From: Anaeramoeba ignava BMAN
Taxonomy: Eukaryota; Protista; Anaeramoebae
Direction of reading: 5' to 3'
Assembly (NCBI GenBank): GCA_028826165.1
Contig: JAPDFW010000070.1
Span: forward strand, 434,001 to 498,000
DNA: 64,000 nucleotides
Below the pieces are notes generated by a model that saw nothing but the letters and a program-made list of their open reading frames with translations, made no database searches and was not told where the DNA came from. Both the position numbers and the translations under genes were made by a program. This document shows positions 23,049 through 36,129 of this stretch, in pieces (positions within the stretch are counted from its first letter, which is position 1; each line of letters begins with the position of its first letter).

Positions 23049-24527
23049 ATGTCTCTTTCTCTTTATATTTTACGTTTTATTGCTTTTTGTTGTGTTTTGG
23101 GTGCTACAGTTCTTGTATTTTTGTTTACTTTTTTTTGTTTCTTTTTAATTTAATTTAATTCAATATTCAATTCAATATTCAATTCAATATTCAATATTCA
23201 ATATTCAATTCAATTCAATATTAAATTCAATATTCAATTCAATATTCAATATTCAATTCAATATTCAATATTCAATATTCAATATTTAATATTAAATATT
23301 CAATATTCAATTCAATATTTAATTCAATATTCAATTCAATATTCAATTCAATTCAATTCAATTCAATTTAATATTCAATTCAATTCAATATTCAATTCAA
23401 TTCAATATTCAATTCAATTTAATTCAATATTCAATTATTTAATTATTTAATTATTCAATTCAATTCAATTCAATTTAATATTCAATTCAATTCAATTCAA
23501 TTCAATTCAATTCAATTCAATTCAATTCAATTCAATATTCAATTCAATTTCAATTTCAATTCAATTCAATTCAATTCAATTCAATTTCAATTCAATTTCA
23601 ATTCAATTTCAATTCAATTTCAATTCAATTCAATTTAATATTTATTCAATTATTCGATTCAATTCAATTCAATTCAATTCAATTCAATTCAATTCAATTT
23701 AATATTTCAATTCAATTCAATTCAATTCAATTCAATTTAATATTCAATTCAATTCAATTCAATTCAATTCAATTCAATTTAATATTCAATTCAATTCAAT
23801 TCAATTCAATTCAATTCAATTCAATTCAATTTAATTCAATTCAATTCAATTCAATTCAATTCAATTCAATTCAATTCAATTCAATTCAATTCAATTCAAT
23901 TCAATTCAATTCAATTCAATTCAATTCAATTCAATATTCAATTCAATTTAATATTCAATTTAATTCAAATATTTATAGGATGCGATTTCTATTGGAACAC
24001 AGGGTCTATTTTATTACAAATATACATTTGTTTCAACAAATTTTCATTTTGGGAATTTTGAATCAGGATGTTCAGGATTGGGTTGCTCTAATTACACTCC
24101 AGAAAAAATATGTGATTGGGCAGATGATTTAAATCGATTCAAAGGAGTATTAGCAAATGGATTCTTATGTATTCCAGGATTTTTCCTGCTTTTAAACAGC
24201 TTATTATTTATAAATAAAGAAGGAAGTGCATTCTTTTTTTCACTTCTTGGTTCACTTTGTGTTATTTCTGGTTATGGTTCTTTTAGAATCTTCTTCAAAG
24301 ATAGTGAGTATTATAGTGTTCTTCAGGATATGAAAAATGGTGGAGATATAACTTGGGATTATGGTACTAATACTACTTTGGAATCTCTTTCTTTCGTTAC
24401 AGGTTTTATTGGTTCAGTTATTTTTTTGCTTTTATTTATTATGAGAATCAAAAGTGAAGGTTTTTCTTCTTATATTTCTTCTTCTCCTTCTCCTTCTGAT
24501 AATCATGGAAAATATCACCACATATAA
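23049..24527 (+). CDS. Claudin-like four-TM protein, subtype B
   Basis: Exon 1 23049-23114, (AATTC)n intron, exon 2 23979-24527 (DAISIGTQGLFYY...FGNFESGCSGLGC...ICDW). Confidence 0.8.
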
Positions 24528-24735
24528 TTTTTGGATTTTGATTTTGATTTTAATTCAAAATTTCTTTTTTATTTGAAATATTTATACATTTTTAATTCCA
24601 AAAAAATTTGATTTCTTTTTTTTCCTCTTTTTTTTTTAAAAAAATTAATAAATCAAATTTCATTTTTTTCTTTCACCTCTATTCTCTTTATTCTCTTTTA
24701 TTCTCTTTTATTCTCTTTATTCTCTTTTATTTTAA

Positions 24736-25483
24736 ATGTCTCTTTCTCTTTATATTTTACGTTTTATTGCTTTTTGTTGTGTTTTGGGTGCTACAATTTT
24801 TGTATTTTTGTTTACTTTTTTTTTGTTTCTTTTTAATTTAATTTAATTCAATATTCAATTCAATATTCAATTCAATATTCAATATTCAATATTCAATTCA
24901 ATTCAATATTTAATATTCAATTCAATTCAATTATTTATAGGATGCGATTTCTCTTGGAACACAGGGTCTATTTTATTACAAATATACATTTTTTTCAACA
25001 AATGTTCATTTTGGGAATTTTAAATCAGGATGTTCAGGATTGGGTTGCTCTAGTTACTCTTCAGAAAAAATATGTGATTGGGCAGATGATTTAAATCGAT
25101 TCAAAGGAGTATTAGCAAATGGATTCTTATGTATTCCAGGATTTTTCCTGCTTTTAAACAGCTTATTATTTATAAATAAAGAAGTAAATGCATTCTTTTT
25201 TTCACTTCTTGGTTCACTTTGTGTTATTTCTGGTTATGGTTCTTTTAGAACATTCTTCAAAAATAGTGACTATTATAGTGTTCTTCAGGATATGAAAAAT
25301 GGTGGAGATATAACTTGGGATTATGGTACTAATACTACTTTGGAATCTCTTTCTTTCGTTACAGGTTTTATTGGTTCAGTTATTTTTTTGCTTTTATTTA
25401 TTATGAGAATCAAAAGTGAAGGTTTTTCCTCTTATATTTCTTCTACTCCTTCTGATAATCAAGAAAAATATGAAAAAGTTTAA
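24736..25483 (+). CDS. Claudin-like four-TM protein, subtype B (near-identical to 23049-24527)
   Basis: Exon 1 24736-24801, exon 2 24941-25483. Confidence 0.8.
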
Positions 25484-25700
25484 TTTCAAATTTTGATTTT
25501 GATTTCAACTTTTAATTTTGGTTTAAATTTTTAATTTTGGTTTAAATTTTAATTTCAGTTTAAATTTTGGATTTGATTTTAACTCAAAAAAAATGAAAAA
25601 ATGAAAATTGAAAATTTATTTTTTCTTTTAAGTTCATTTTTCTTCTTCTTTTTCTTCTTCTTTTTCTTCATTTTACTTATTTTTTTAAAATTAATTTGAA

Positions 25701-26347
25701 ATGAATAAAGTTTTGACTCTGCGAATTTTAGTTTTACTTTTTCTTTTTTTATGCACAATATTTGTACATTTTTAATTACAAAATTCAATTATAAAAAAGC
25801 AAAAAAATTTAATTATAAAATTTAATTACAAAAAAATTCAATTTAAATTCAAGTCCGCAATTTCTATTGGATCTTATTCCATTTTAAGAGCAAAAGAATC
25901 ATATTATGGTTTAAGTGCCACAGGATATTATGGTAACTTTTTAGGATATATAACAATGACAGGACAACCAAATCAAGATGGAGTAACAATTTGTGGAGCA
26001 AAAGAAGATGATGGTACACTTTATCGAGGATTTGTAACTAACGCTCTTTTTGGTTTCATTGCTTTTATATTTTTTATAAACGCTTTTGCATTTGTTTTAC
26101 ACAAACCAATATTATCTTTCGCTTTGACAATTATTGGTACTGGGTTTATTTTCCTTGCTTTTGTTGTTATTGCTGGTTCGTTGGAGAGAGTAAAACTTAT
26201 GATGAAATTAAAAAGGATGCTCAAAGTGGTGTAAATGTGGAACTTGGTTATGGTGGTGGTTTTGCTTTGGAAATTCTTGCTTTCTTTTTCGGTATTTTCT
26301 CTATTGTTGGTTTGTTTTTAATTTCAAGATGGACTGAAAAAGTTTAA
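25701..26347 (+). CDS. Claudin-like four-TM protein, subtype A; frameshift near 26181 (pseudogene or sequence error)
   Basis: Exon 1 25701-25763, exon 2 from 25854. Reads GGTTCG-TTGGAGAGAG-TAAAAC versus GGTTCG-TGGAGAGAGAG-TAAAAC in copy 1; homology continues in another frame to TAA at 26347. Confidence 0.72.
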
Positions 26348-26495
26348 TCTCTTTTTTTCCTCTTTTTTTATTTTTGATTTTTTTGCTTTCGAAAATTTTT
26401 TGCTTTTTTTTTTTAAGAATTAAGAAATCAAATTTCATTTTTTTCTTTCACTTCCCTTTTATTTTCTTTTATTTTCTTTTATTTTCTTTTTTTAA

Positions 26496-27729
26496 ATGCT
26501 TGTTTCTAACCATATTTTACGTTTTATTGCTATTGGTTGTGTTTTGGGTGCTGCAGTTTTTGTATTTTTGTTTACTTTTTTTTTTTAATTCATTTCAATT
26601 CAATATTCAATTCAAATCAATATTTAATTCAATTTAATATTCAATTCAATTCAATATTCAATTTAATTCTATTCAATTATTCAATTCAATTATTCAATTC
26701 AATATTCAATATTCAATTCAATATTCAATTCAAATCAATATTTAATTCAATTTAATATTCAATTCAATATTTAATTTAATATTCAATTCAATATTCAATT
26801 TAATATTTAATTCAATATTCAATTTAATATTTAATTCAATATTCAATATTTAATTCAATATTTAATATTTAATTCAATATTCAATTTAATTCAAATTCAA
26901 TATTTAATTCAATTCAATATTTAATTCAATTTAAAGTTAAAATTCAATATTTAATTTCAATTTAATTTTCAATTTAATTTTCAATTCAATTCAATTCAAT
27001 ATTCAATTCAATTCAATTCAATATTCAATTCAATTCAAAATTCAATATTCAATTCAATATTTAATATTCAATTCAATATTCAATATTTAATTCAATATTC
27101 AATTCAATATTTAATTCAATATTCAATTCAATATTCAATTCAATTCAATTCATTATTTATAGGATGTAATTTCTCTTGGAACACATGGCTTATTTTATTT
27201 TAAATATACAGGTGGTTCAGCAGATTTTCATTTTGGGAATTTTGAATCAGGATGTTCAGGATCGGATTGTCCTAGTGACTCTTCCTTAAAAATATGTGAT
27301 TGGGCAGGGGATTTAAATCTTTTCAAAGGAACATTAGCAAATGGATTTCTATGTGTTGCAGGATTTTTCTTGCTTTTAAACAGCTTATTATTTATAAATA
27401 AAGAAGGAAATGCATTCTTTTTTTCACTTCTTGGTTCACTTTGTGTTATTTCTGGTTATGGTTCTTTTAGAACATTCTTCAAAAATAGTGATTATTATGA
27501 CAGTCTCAAGGATGCAGAAGATATGGGTATTATAACTTGGGGTTATGGTGCTAATACTACTTTGGAATCTCTTTCTTTCATTGCAGGCCTTGTTGGTTCA
27601 GTTATTTTTTTGCTTTTATTTATTATGAGAATCAAAAGTGAAGGTTTTTCTTCTTATTTTTCTTCTTCTCCTTCTCTTTCTTCTTCTCCTACTCCTTCTG
27701 ATAATCAAGGAAAATATCGAAACTTTTAA
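26496..27729 (+). CDS. Claudin-like four-TM protein, subtype B
   Basis: Exon 1 26496-26561, exon 2 27163-27729. Confidence 0.8.
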
Positions 27730-28368
27730 ATTTCCAATTTTAATTTGAATTTCCAATTTGATTTTTATTTTAATTTTGATTTTCCAATTTTAATTTGATT
27801 TCCATTTCAATTTTAATTTTTGGTTTTAATTTTGGTTTAATTTTTGATTTTGATTTGATTTTAATTTTAATTTCCAATTTTAATTTTGGTTTTAATTTTT
27901 GATTTTAGTTTTGATTTTAATTTAATTTCAGTTTTGATTTCCATTTTGATTTTAATTTCCATTTTTAATTTTGGTTTTAATTTTCCAATTTCCATTTTAA
28001 TTTTGGTTTTGATTTTAATTTCCATTTTTAATTTTAATTTGATTTCCATTTTGGTTTTAATTTCCATTTCCATTTTTAATTTTGATTTTAATTTCCATTT
28101 TTAATTTTGATTTTAATTTTGGTTTTAATTTTAATTTCCATTTTTAATTTCCAATTTAATTTTAAATACAAAAAAAAAGGAAAAATGAAAAATGAAATTT
28201 AAATTCAAAAAAGAATAAATATTTTTGGAATAAATTTTGTTATTTCTTTTGCCATTTTATTTTTTATTGATGAAAATTTTTTTTAATTTTTTTATTTTTA
28301 TTGATCACTTTTTCTTTTTTTTTTAGATTTTTTTTTTACAAGAAAAGATTTAGTTTAAAAATTTAATA

Positions 28369-29117
28369 ATGAGTAAAAAGTTAATATCAAAAATTTTGGC
28401 TTTAATAATCTTAGTTTTAAGTGTTATTTTGGTAAAAATCAAATTCAAAATTAAAAATAAAATTAAAATTAAAATCAAAATCAAAATCAAAATCAAAATC
28501 AAAATTAAAATCAAAATCTAAATCAAAATTAAAATCAAAATTAAAATCAAAATCAAAATTAAAATTAAAATCAAAATTAAAATCAAAATAAAATCAAAAT
28601 TAAAATCAAAATAAAATCAAAATTAAATTTAAAAAAGAGTGCAATTTCTATTGCTGAAGATAATATTTTTAAAGCAGAAGAAACTGTTTTTGGTTTAAAA
28701 ACTAAGATTTTTTATGGAAATTTCTTTGGATTTACAAAATCAAACTTTTATCAATCACAAGATTTCATAACAATATGTGGTTATAATGAAAATGATACAA
28801 TACTTTTAAAAGGGGTTTTAATCAATGCATTTTTTTGTTTCATTTCTGCTTTATTTTTCCTTAATGCAATCGGTCAAATTTTTCATAAATTAAGAGCTGC
28901 TTGGATTTTAAGTTTGATCGGATCTGTTTGTGTTTTTGTTGCTTTTGTTGTTGCTGCTGCTTCTTGGATTCATAGTAAAACTTATCAAGATTTTAAGAAT
29001 TTGGAAAATTTGGGGGTATATGTTGAATTGGGTTATGGTGACGGTTTCGGTTTGGAAATTTCCGCTTTTTTTCTTGGTCTTTTGGCTACTGGAATCCTTT
29101 TTTTTAATTCCAAATAA
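28369..29117 (+). CDS. Claudin-like four-TM protein, divergent subtype A
   Basis: Exon 1 28369-28431, exon 2 28638-29117 (SAISIAE...FYGNFFG...ICG...ELGYGDGFGLEISAFF). Confidence 0.78.
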
Positions 29118-29303
29118 TCTTTTTCTTTTTTTTTAATTTTTTCTTCTCTTTCATCAAATTTTTTTTCTTTCTCTAAATTTGCTTAAACATGAAAAATTAA
29201 TTAAATTTGTTTAAATTAAAAATTAAACCCTAAAAACAAAAAAACAAAACAAATCTTTGAAAAATTTTTTTTTTTTTAATTTTGTGATCATTTTTTTTTT
29301 TAC

Positions 29304-30854
29304 ATGAAACATTCTCATATAATTATAGTTTTGTTTGCTATTTTATTAATTCTTTCTGCAGATGCTTTAGTAAATTTTAGTTTTTATTTGTTTTGTTTTT
29401 TTTTTATTAACATTAAAACCAATCAATTATTTGATCAATAACAAAAACAAAAACAAAAAAAATTGGATCAATTAAATTAAATTCAAATAAAATCAATATT
29501 CAATATTCAATTCAATATTCAATTTAATATTCAATTAAATTCAATATTGAATATTCAATATTCAATTCAATATTCAATATTTAATATTCAATATTTAATA
29601 TTCAATATTCAATATTCAAAATTCAAATAAAATCAATATTCAATTCAATTCAATTCAATATTCAATATTTAATTCAATATTCAATTCAATTCAATATTCA
29701 ATTCAATTCAATATTCAATATTCAATATTCAATATTCAATATTCAATATTCAATATTCAATATTCAATATTCAATATTCAAAATTATTCAATATTCAATA
29801 TTCAATATTCCAATATTCCAATTCAATCAATTCAATATTTCATATTTCAATTCAATATTTAATATTTCAATATTCAATATTCAATATTCAATATTCAATT
29901 CAATATTCAATATTCAATATTCAATATTCAATATTCAATATTCAAATTCAATTCAATATTCAATATTCAATATTCAATATTCAATATTCAATATTCAATT
30001 CAATATTCAATATTCAATATTCAATATTCAATATTCAATTCAATTCAATATTCAATTCAATTCAATATTTCAATTCAATATCCAATTCAATATTCAATAT
30101 TCAATATTTAATATTTAATATTTAATATTCAATTCAATATTCAATTCAATTCAATATTTAATTCAATATTCAATTCAATTCAATATTTAATTCAATATTC
30201 AATTCAATATTCAATTCAATATTTAATATTCAATATTCAATATTCAATATTCAATATCCAATTCAATATTCAATTCAATATTCAATTCAATATTCAATTC
30301 AATATTCAATATTCAATATTCAATTCAATTAAATATTCATTTTTTAGGCTCTAGCTTCTTTGATTACCCAAGGACTATTTTACATAAAAGATAAAGCAGG
30401 AATTTATTCAAATTTTAATTTTGGAGATTTTTTTTCAGATTGTTCAGGTCCAAATTGTACTAAAACAAAAGAGGCATTATGTGATTGGTCAGCAGATGTG
30501 AATTTTTTCAAATCAACGATTGGAAATGGACTTTTATCAGTTGCATCTTTTTTTTTGTTTTTGAACAGTTTATTTCTTTTAAAATCAACTCCAGATTTTT
30601 CTTTCTTTTTGGCACTTTTTGGTTCAATTTTTATAATATCAGGTTATGGTTCTTTTAAAATATATTTCAAAGATAGTGATGAATATTCTTGGCTTGAATT
30701 TGCTAGTAATTCTCATTTGATAACTTGGGATTTTGGTTCAAATTTGCCTATTCAAGTTCTTTCTTTTGTTTTGGGTATTTTGGGTTCAGTTTTTATTTTG
30801 ATGATTTGGAGAAGAAAAGTCAAAAAATCTAATCAACGTTATTTCAAATTTTAA
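29304..30854 (+). CDS. Claudin-like four-TM protein, divergent subtype B
   Basis: Exon 1 29304-29369, (AATATTC)n intron, exon 2 30348-30854 (TQGLFY...FGDF...CSGPNC...LCDW). Confidence 0.78.
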
Positions 30855-30966
30855 TTCTAAAAAGATCTCAAATTAATTTCTTTTTTTTTTTTGCTTTTGA
30901 AAAATTTTGCAAATAAATTCTAAAAAAATATTTTTCATTTTTTTCATTTTTTTCAATTATTTTAAA

Positions 30967-32574
30967 ATGAAGTTAATGAAAAGGCTTCCTTTAATTTCTT
31001 TTTCTTTAATTAGCTTAGCATTAATTTTAGTAAATTATCAATTCAATTCTAAAATAAATATAATAATAAATTTAATAATAAATTTAATAATAAATTTAAT
31101 AATAATTTAAATAATAAATTTAATAATAATTTTAATAATAATTTTAATAATAAATTTAATAATAAATTTAATAATAAATTTAATAATAATTTTAATAATA
31201 ATTTAATAATAAAATTAATAATAAATTTAATAATAATTTAATAATAAATTTAATAATAAATATAATAATAATTATAATAATAAATTTAATAATAAATTTA
31301 ATAATAATTTTAATAATAAATTTAATAATAAATTTAATATAATAATTTTAATAATAATTTTAATAATAAATTTAATAATAAATTTAATAATAATTTTAAT
31401 AATAATAAATTTAATAATAAATTTAAATTTAATAATAAATTTAATAATAAATTAAATAATAAATTTAATAATAAATTCAATAATAAATTTAATAATAATT
31501 CAATAATAAATAATAATAAATTTAATAATAATTTTAATAATAATTTTAATAATAATTTTTAATAAATTTAATAATAAATTTAATAATAATTTTAATAATA
31601 ATTTTAATAATAAATTTAATAATAAATTTAATAATAAATTTAATAATAAATTTAATAATAATTTTAATAATAATTTTTAATAATAAATTTAATAATAAAT
31701 TTAATAATAATTTAATAATAATTTTAATAATAAATTTAATAATAATTTTAATAATAAATTTAATAACAAATTTAATAATAATTTTAATAATAATTTTAAT
31801 AATAATTTAATAATAAATTTAATAATAAATTTAATAATAAATTTAATAATAAATTTAATAATAATTTCAATAATAAATTTAATAATAAATTTAATAATAA
31901 TTTTAATAATAAATTTAATAATAATTTTAATAATAAATTTATTAATAATTTTAATAATAATTTTAATAATAAATTTAATAATAAATTTAATAATAAATTC
32001 AAAATTAAAATTTTCAAAGTTGATAATATCGATTGGAATACATGGAATGATTTACTACAAAGTACCGAAAACAGGAGATACATGGGAAAGTAAAAAATAC
32101 GGAAATTTTGGAAGTAGTTGCAGTGGTCAAGGATGCGGCGCATTTGATTCACCAAGCTTATGCTTATGGTCTGAATTAGACAATCAAGTATATAGAGCTC
32201 TAATAGCAAATGCGATTACAAGCTGCATTTCAGCAGCACTGTTCCTTAACAGCTTAATAATTTTTAAACGTGAACCTTATGGCTCAAATATTTTGGTTCT
32301 TTTTAGTTCATTTCTTTTGATTTCAGGTTTTGGATCGTTTTTGAATTTGTGGAAAAAAAGTTTTACTTATAAATGGTATAATCTCCAGAAAAATTCGGAC
32401 CATGCTACTTGGAGTTATGGTCCGAATTCATGGTTGGAACCCCTTATTTTTGTTTTTGGTATTGCTGCTTTCGTTATTAGAATTCTCGATTTGTTTAAGA
32501 ATAGAAAAAAAGTAAAAAGATTTGATCTTGATAAGGATAATGATGGGAATTATCGTGAATTTGATGATAAATAA
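30967..32574 (+). CDS. Claudin-like four-TM protein, divergent subtype B
   Basis: Exon 1 30967-31029, (AATAATAAATTT)n intron, exon 2 32020-32574 (SIGIHGMIYY...YGNFGSSCSGQGC...LCLW). Confidence 0.78.
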
Positions 32575-32629
32575 TCAAAAAAAAAAATAATTTCTTTTTG
32601 TTTGGTTTTGATTTTCTTTTGAAATTAAA

Positions 32630-33460
32630 TTTGGATTTTTATTTTAATTTTGATTTTGAATTTTAATTTTGATTTTGATTTTGATTTTGATTTTGATTTT
32701 AATTTTAATTTTGATTTTGATTTTGATTTTGATTTTGATTTTAATTTTGATTTTGATTTTAATTTAATTTTAATTTTAAATTTAATTTTAATTTTAATTT
32801 TGATTTTAATTTTGATTTTGATTTTAATTTTGATTTTGATTTTAAATTTTAAATTTAATTTTAATTTTAATTTTGATTTTGATTTTAATTTTGATTTTAA
32901 TTTTGATTTTGATTTTAATTTTGATTTTGATTTTAATTTTGATTTTGATTTAATTTTGATTTTGATTTTGATTTTGATTTTAATTTTAATTTTAATTTTA
33001 AGTGGGATTTTAATTTTAATTTTAATTTTAATTGAAAAATTTTTTTATTTTTCCTTTTTCCTTTTTGATTTTGATTTTCAATTTGATTTTGAATTTGAAT
33101 TTGATTTAGATTTTGATTTTGATTTTGATTTTGATTTTGATTTTGATTTAATTTTAATTTTGATTTTGATTTTAATTTTAATTTTAATTTTAATTTTGAT
33201 TTTGATTTTGATTTTGATTTTGATTTTAATTTTAATTTTGATTTTAATTTAGATTTTAATTTTAATTTTAATTTTGATTTTGATTTTGATTTTGATTTTG
33301 ATTTTAAATTTTAAATTTAATTTTGATTTTAATTTTGATTTTAATTTTAATTTTGATTTTGATTTTGATTTTGATTTTAATTTTGATTTTGATTTTAATT
33401 TTAATTTTTATTTTAATTTAGATTTTGATTTTAATTTTAATTTTAAATTTGATTTTAATT
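32630..33460. repeat. Intergenic (GATTTT/AATTTT)n hexamer repeat
   Basis: Directly visible; source of spurious ILIL/FDFD ORFs. Confidence 0.88.
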
Positions 33461-33542
33461 GAAAAAAATTATCCTCTTTTTCTTTATTTTTTTTTCCTTT
33501 TTTTTCCTTTTTCATTTTTTTTTTCATTTTTTTGTTTACTAA

Positions 33543-34740
33543 ATGGCAGACAATAATACAGAAGCAACACCACTATGTGATTGGTGCAAAATTTACACAC
33601 CAGAAAAACTAATAATCCAATGTCCGAATTGTAAATTAAATTACTGTTTCACATGTTTTTACAACAAAGTATTAAAAATATTAGAAGGAAAATGTGTTGA
33701 TGTTGAATGTGGTAATAAATTTGAATTATATCAATTCACGGATCGAAACGCGATTTACCAAATAGAAAATTCAGCGAATTTAATTAAATCAAATCGAAGC
33801 GAAAATCATTTAGTTTATGCAATTGAAAATGCAATGAAAACAGGAAGAGAAAAAATGATTTGTCCTGCACTTGAAAAGTTTAATTATTGTGATATTACTC
33901 AACATATTAATGAACAAAATACTTTTGAAATGTTTCAGTTTCATAATCCTGAAATTGTTGTTTGTGAAGATGTTGTTACTGGTTGTAAAGACCCTAAATG
34001 TCCTTATCAACATCCTAATTTGGCTCAAAAGAGAATAGGTGTTTATCAAAAAGATGTGCGGACTAAGAAAGAAAAGAATCGTAGGAATTAATTCAAAATC
34101 AAATTAAAATCAAATTAAAATCAAAATTAAATTAAAATTAAATCAAAATCAAAAATTAAATCAAAATTAAATCAAAATTAAAACTAAATCAAAATTAAAT
34201 TAAAATTAAATCAATATTAAATTAAATCAAAATTAAATCAAAATTAAATCAAAATTAAATTAAAATCAAAATTAAATCAAAATTAAATCAAAATTAAATC
34301 AAAATTAAATCAAAATTAAATCAAAATTAAATTTAAATCAAAATTAAAATTATAAAATTAAATTCAAAATTAAAATCAAATCAAAATTAAATTAAATCAA
34401 AATTAAATCAAAATTAAATTTAAATCAAAATTAAATTTAAATCAAAATTAAATCAAAATTAAAATTAAATCAAAATTAAATCAAAATTAAATTAAATCAA
34501 AATTAATTCAAAATCAAAACTAAAAAATCAAAATTTAATTAAAATTAAATTTAAATCAAAATTAAATTAAATCAAAATTAAAATTAAAATCAAATCAAAA
34601 TTAAATCAAAATTAAATCAAAATTAAATTTAAATCAAATTAAAATTAATTTTAAATTTTTGTTTAGTTTGTTTGGATTATTTATATAGAGGTTATTGTGA
34701 AGATGATGATTGTCCTTTTGAACACAAGAAAGTTCAATAA
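33543..34740 (+). CDS. Cys-rich protein: N-terminal RING-like finger plus CCCH zinc fingers
   Basis: Exon 1 33543-34080, exon 2 34667-34740. CDWC..CPNC....CFTC...C....C; CEDVVTGCKDPKCPYQH; spliced LCLDYLYRGYCEDDDCPFEH (C-x7-C-x4-C-x3-H). Confidence 0.75.
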
Positions 34741-34861
34741 TTTTCTATTAGTTCATTCAAATGAAAAACAATTTTAATTCTTTTTTTTTTAAAATCGGAA
34801 AAAAATTTTAATTAAAAATTTTAAAAATTTAAAAAGTTTTGAAATGAAAAAAATTTAAATC

Positions 34862-35677
34862 TTAATTCTTAATCAAAAACCAAAATTGGGCATCACAAGA
34901 CTTATCAAATTTAGCAAGAGTCAAATAAGCAAAAGAAGAAGTAGAATTATCACTAACAGTTAAACAAAGACCATTCAATTTGGAGATGATTAAAAAAGAA
35001 TTGAATTCATAAGGACGAAGAGTCCACAAATCAGAATCTGATTCTGAATAATCTTTTGCGAAAATATTTTGAGAATTTTTTTCAATTTTGCCTTCAATTG
35101 AAATAGATTTTTGCTTTTTTTTATTAAAAATTCCAAAAAACCATTGAGTATTTGTGTATTTTAAAGACCATTTCTGATCTGAACTCTGATTCATTGTATT
35201 CTGCACAATGCAATATTTGCCATCAGTTTCTAGTATTTCGATTGCTTTGCCACTTCTTCGATTTATGATTCTGTAAGTTTGTATTTTTTGAGGAATAAGA
35301 ATCCAAAATGATTGAATAAGATTTTTTTTGTTTTGATTTTTCTGTTTCTTTTGAATCTTTTCCAAGTTTGATTTCATTAAAGGGACTTTATCTTCGAAGG
35401 AGGAAATGAGAGCAAGGGATCCTTTGTCATTTTTGATATCCCAGAGCTGGAAATCGTTTTCATTTTGTTCTTGAAGAATGAAAGAATTTTTCTTTTTGAT
35501 TTCAATTTGTTTTTTAGTTGATTTGGAACGAATATAAAAATGTGGTCCTGTTGGTACGAATTTCCATAATTGTGATGTTTCTGTTGTTGGTAAATTGAGT
35601 TGTAATTTATCTCCTGAAGTTTCTAAGCATTGCATTAATTCTTTGTGAAAAATTCTATAATAAGTGTGTGCGAACAT
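34862..35677 (-). CDS. Ricin-B (beta-trefoil) lectin-domain protein, two domains
   Basis: True start MFAHTYYRI at 35677 (the upstream ILIL is repeat). QxW repeats SQLWKF, FQLWDI, DQKWSL, AQFWFL; YRIINRRSGKAIEI and IISKLNGLCLTV. Confidence 0.8.
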   Translation of the reverse strand: MFAHTYYRIFHKELMQCLETSGDKLQLNLPTTETSQLWKFVPTGPHFYIRSKSTKKQIEIKKKNSFILQEQNENDFQLWDIKNDKGSLALISSFEDKVPLMKSNLEKIQKKQKNQNKKNLIQSFWILIPQKIQTYRIINRRSGKAIEILETDGKYCIVQNTMNQSSDQKWSLKYTNTQWFFGIFNKKKQKSISIEGKIEKNSQNIFAKDYSESDSDLWTLRPYEFNSFLIISKLNGLCLTVSDNSTSSFAYLTLAKFDKSCDAQFWFLIKN

Positions 35678-36129
35678 TTTTGAAAGAAAAATGAAAATGA
35701 AAATTAAAATTAAAATCAAAATTAAAATCAAAATAAAAATTAAAATCAAAATCAAAATTAAAATTAAAATTAAAATCAAAACTAAAATCAAAATTAAAAT
35801 TAAAATTAAAATTAAAATTAAAATTAAAATCAAAATCTAAATCAAATTCAAAATCAAAATTAAAATTAAAATCAAAATTAAAATCTAAAAGAAAATCAAA
35901 ATCAAAATTAAAATTAAAATCAAAATCAAAATTAAAATCAAAATTAAAATTAAATTCAAAATTAAAATCTAAATCAAAATCAAAAAATCAAAATTAAAAT
36001 TAAAATCAAAATCAAAATTAAAAAAAATTAAAATTAAATTCAAAATTAAAATCTAAATCAAAATTAAAATTAAATTCAAAATCAAAATTAATTTGAATGG
36101 AATAATTCTTTATTAAAAATTTTCGTATT

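Noticed and set aside
27163-27165. TAG-GAT-GTA looks like another 3-nt microexon
   Set aside because: Paralogues read GAT GCG ATT TCT at the same place, so this is the start of exon 2 (D-V-I-S) with a coincidental Val codon.
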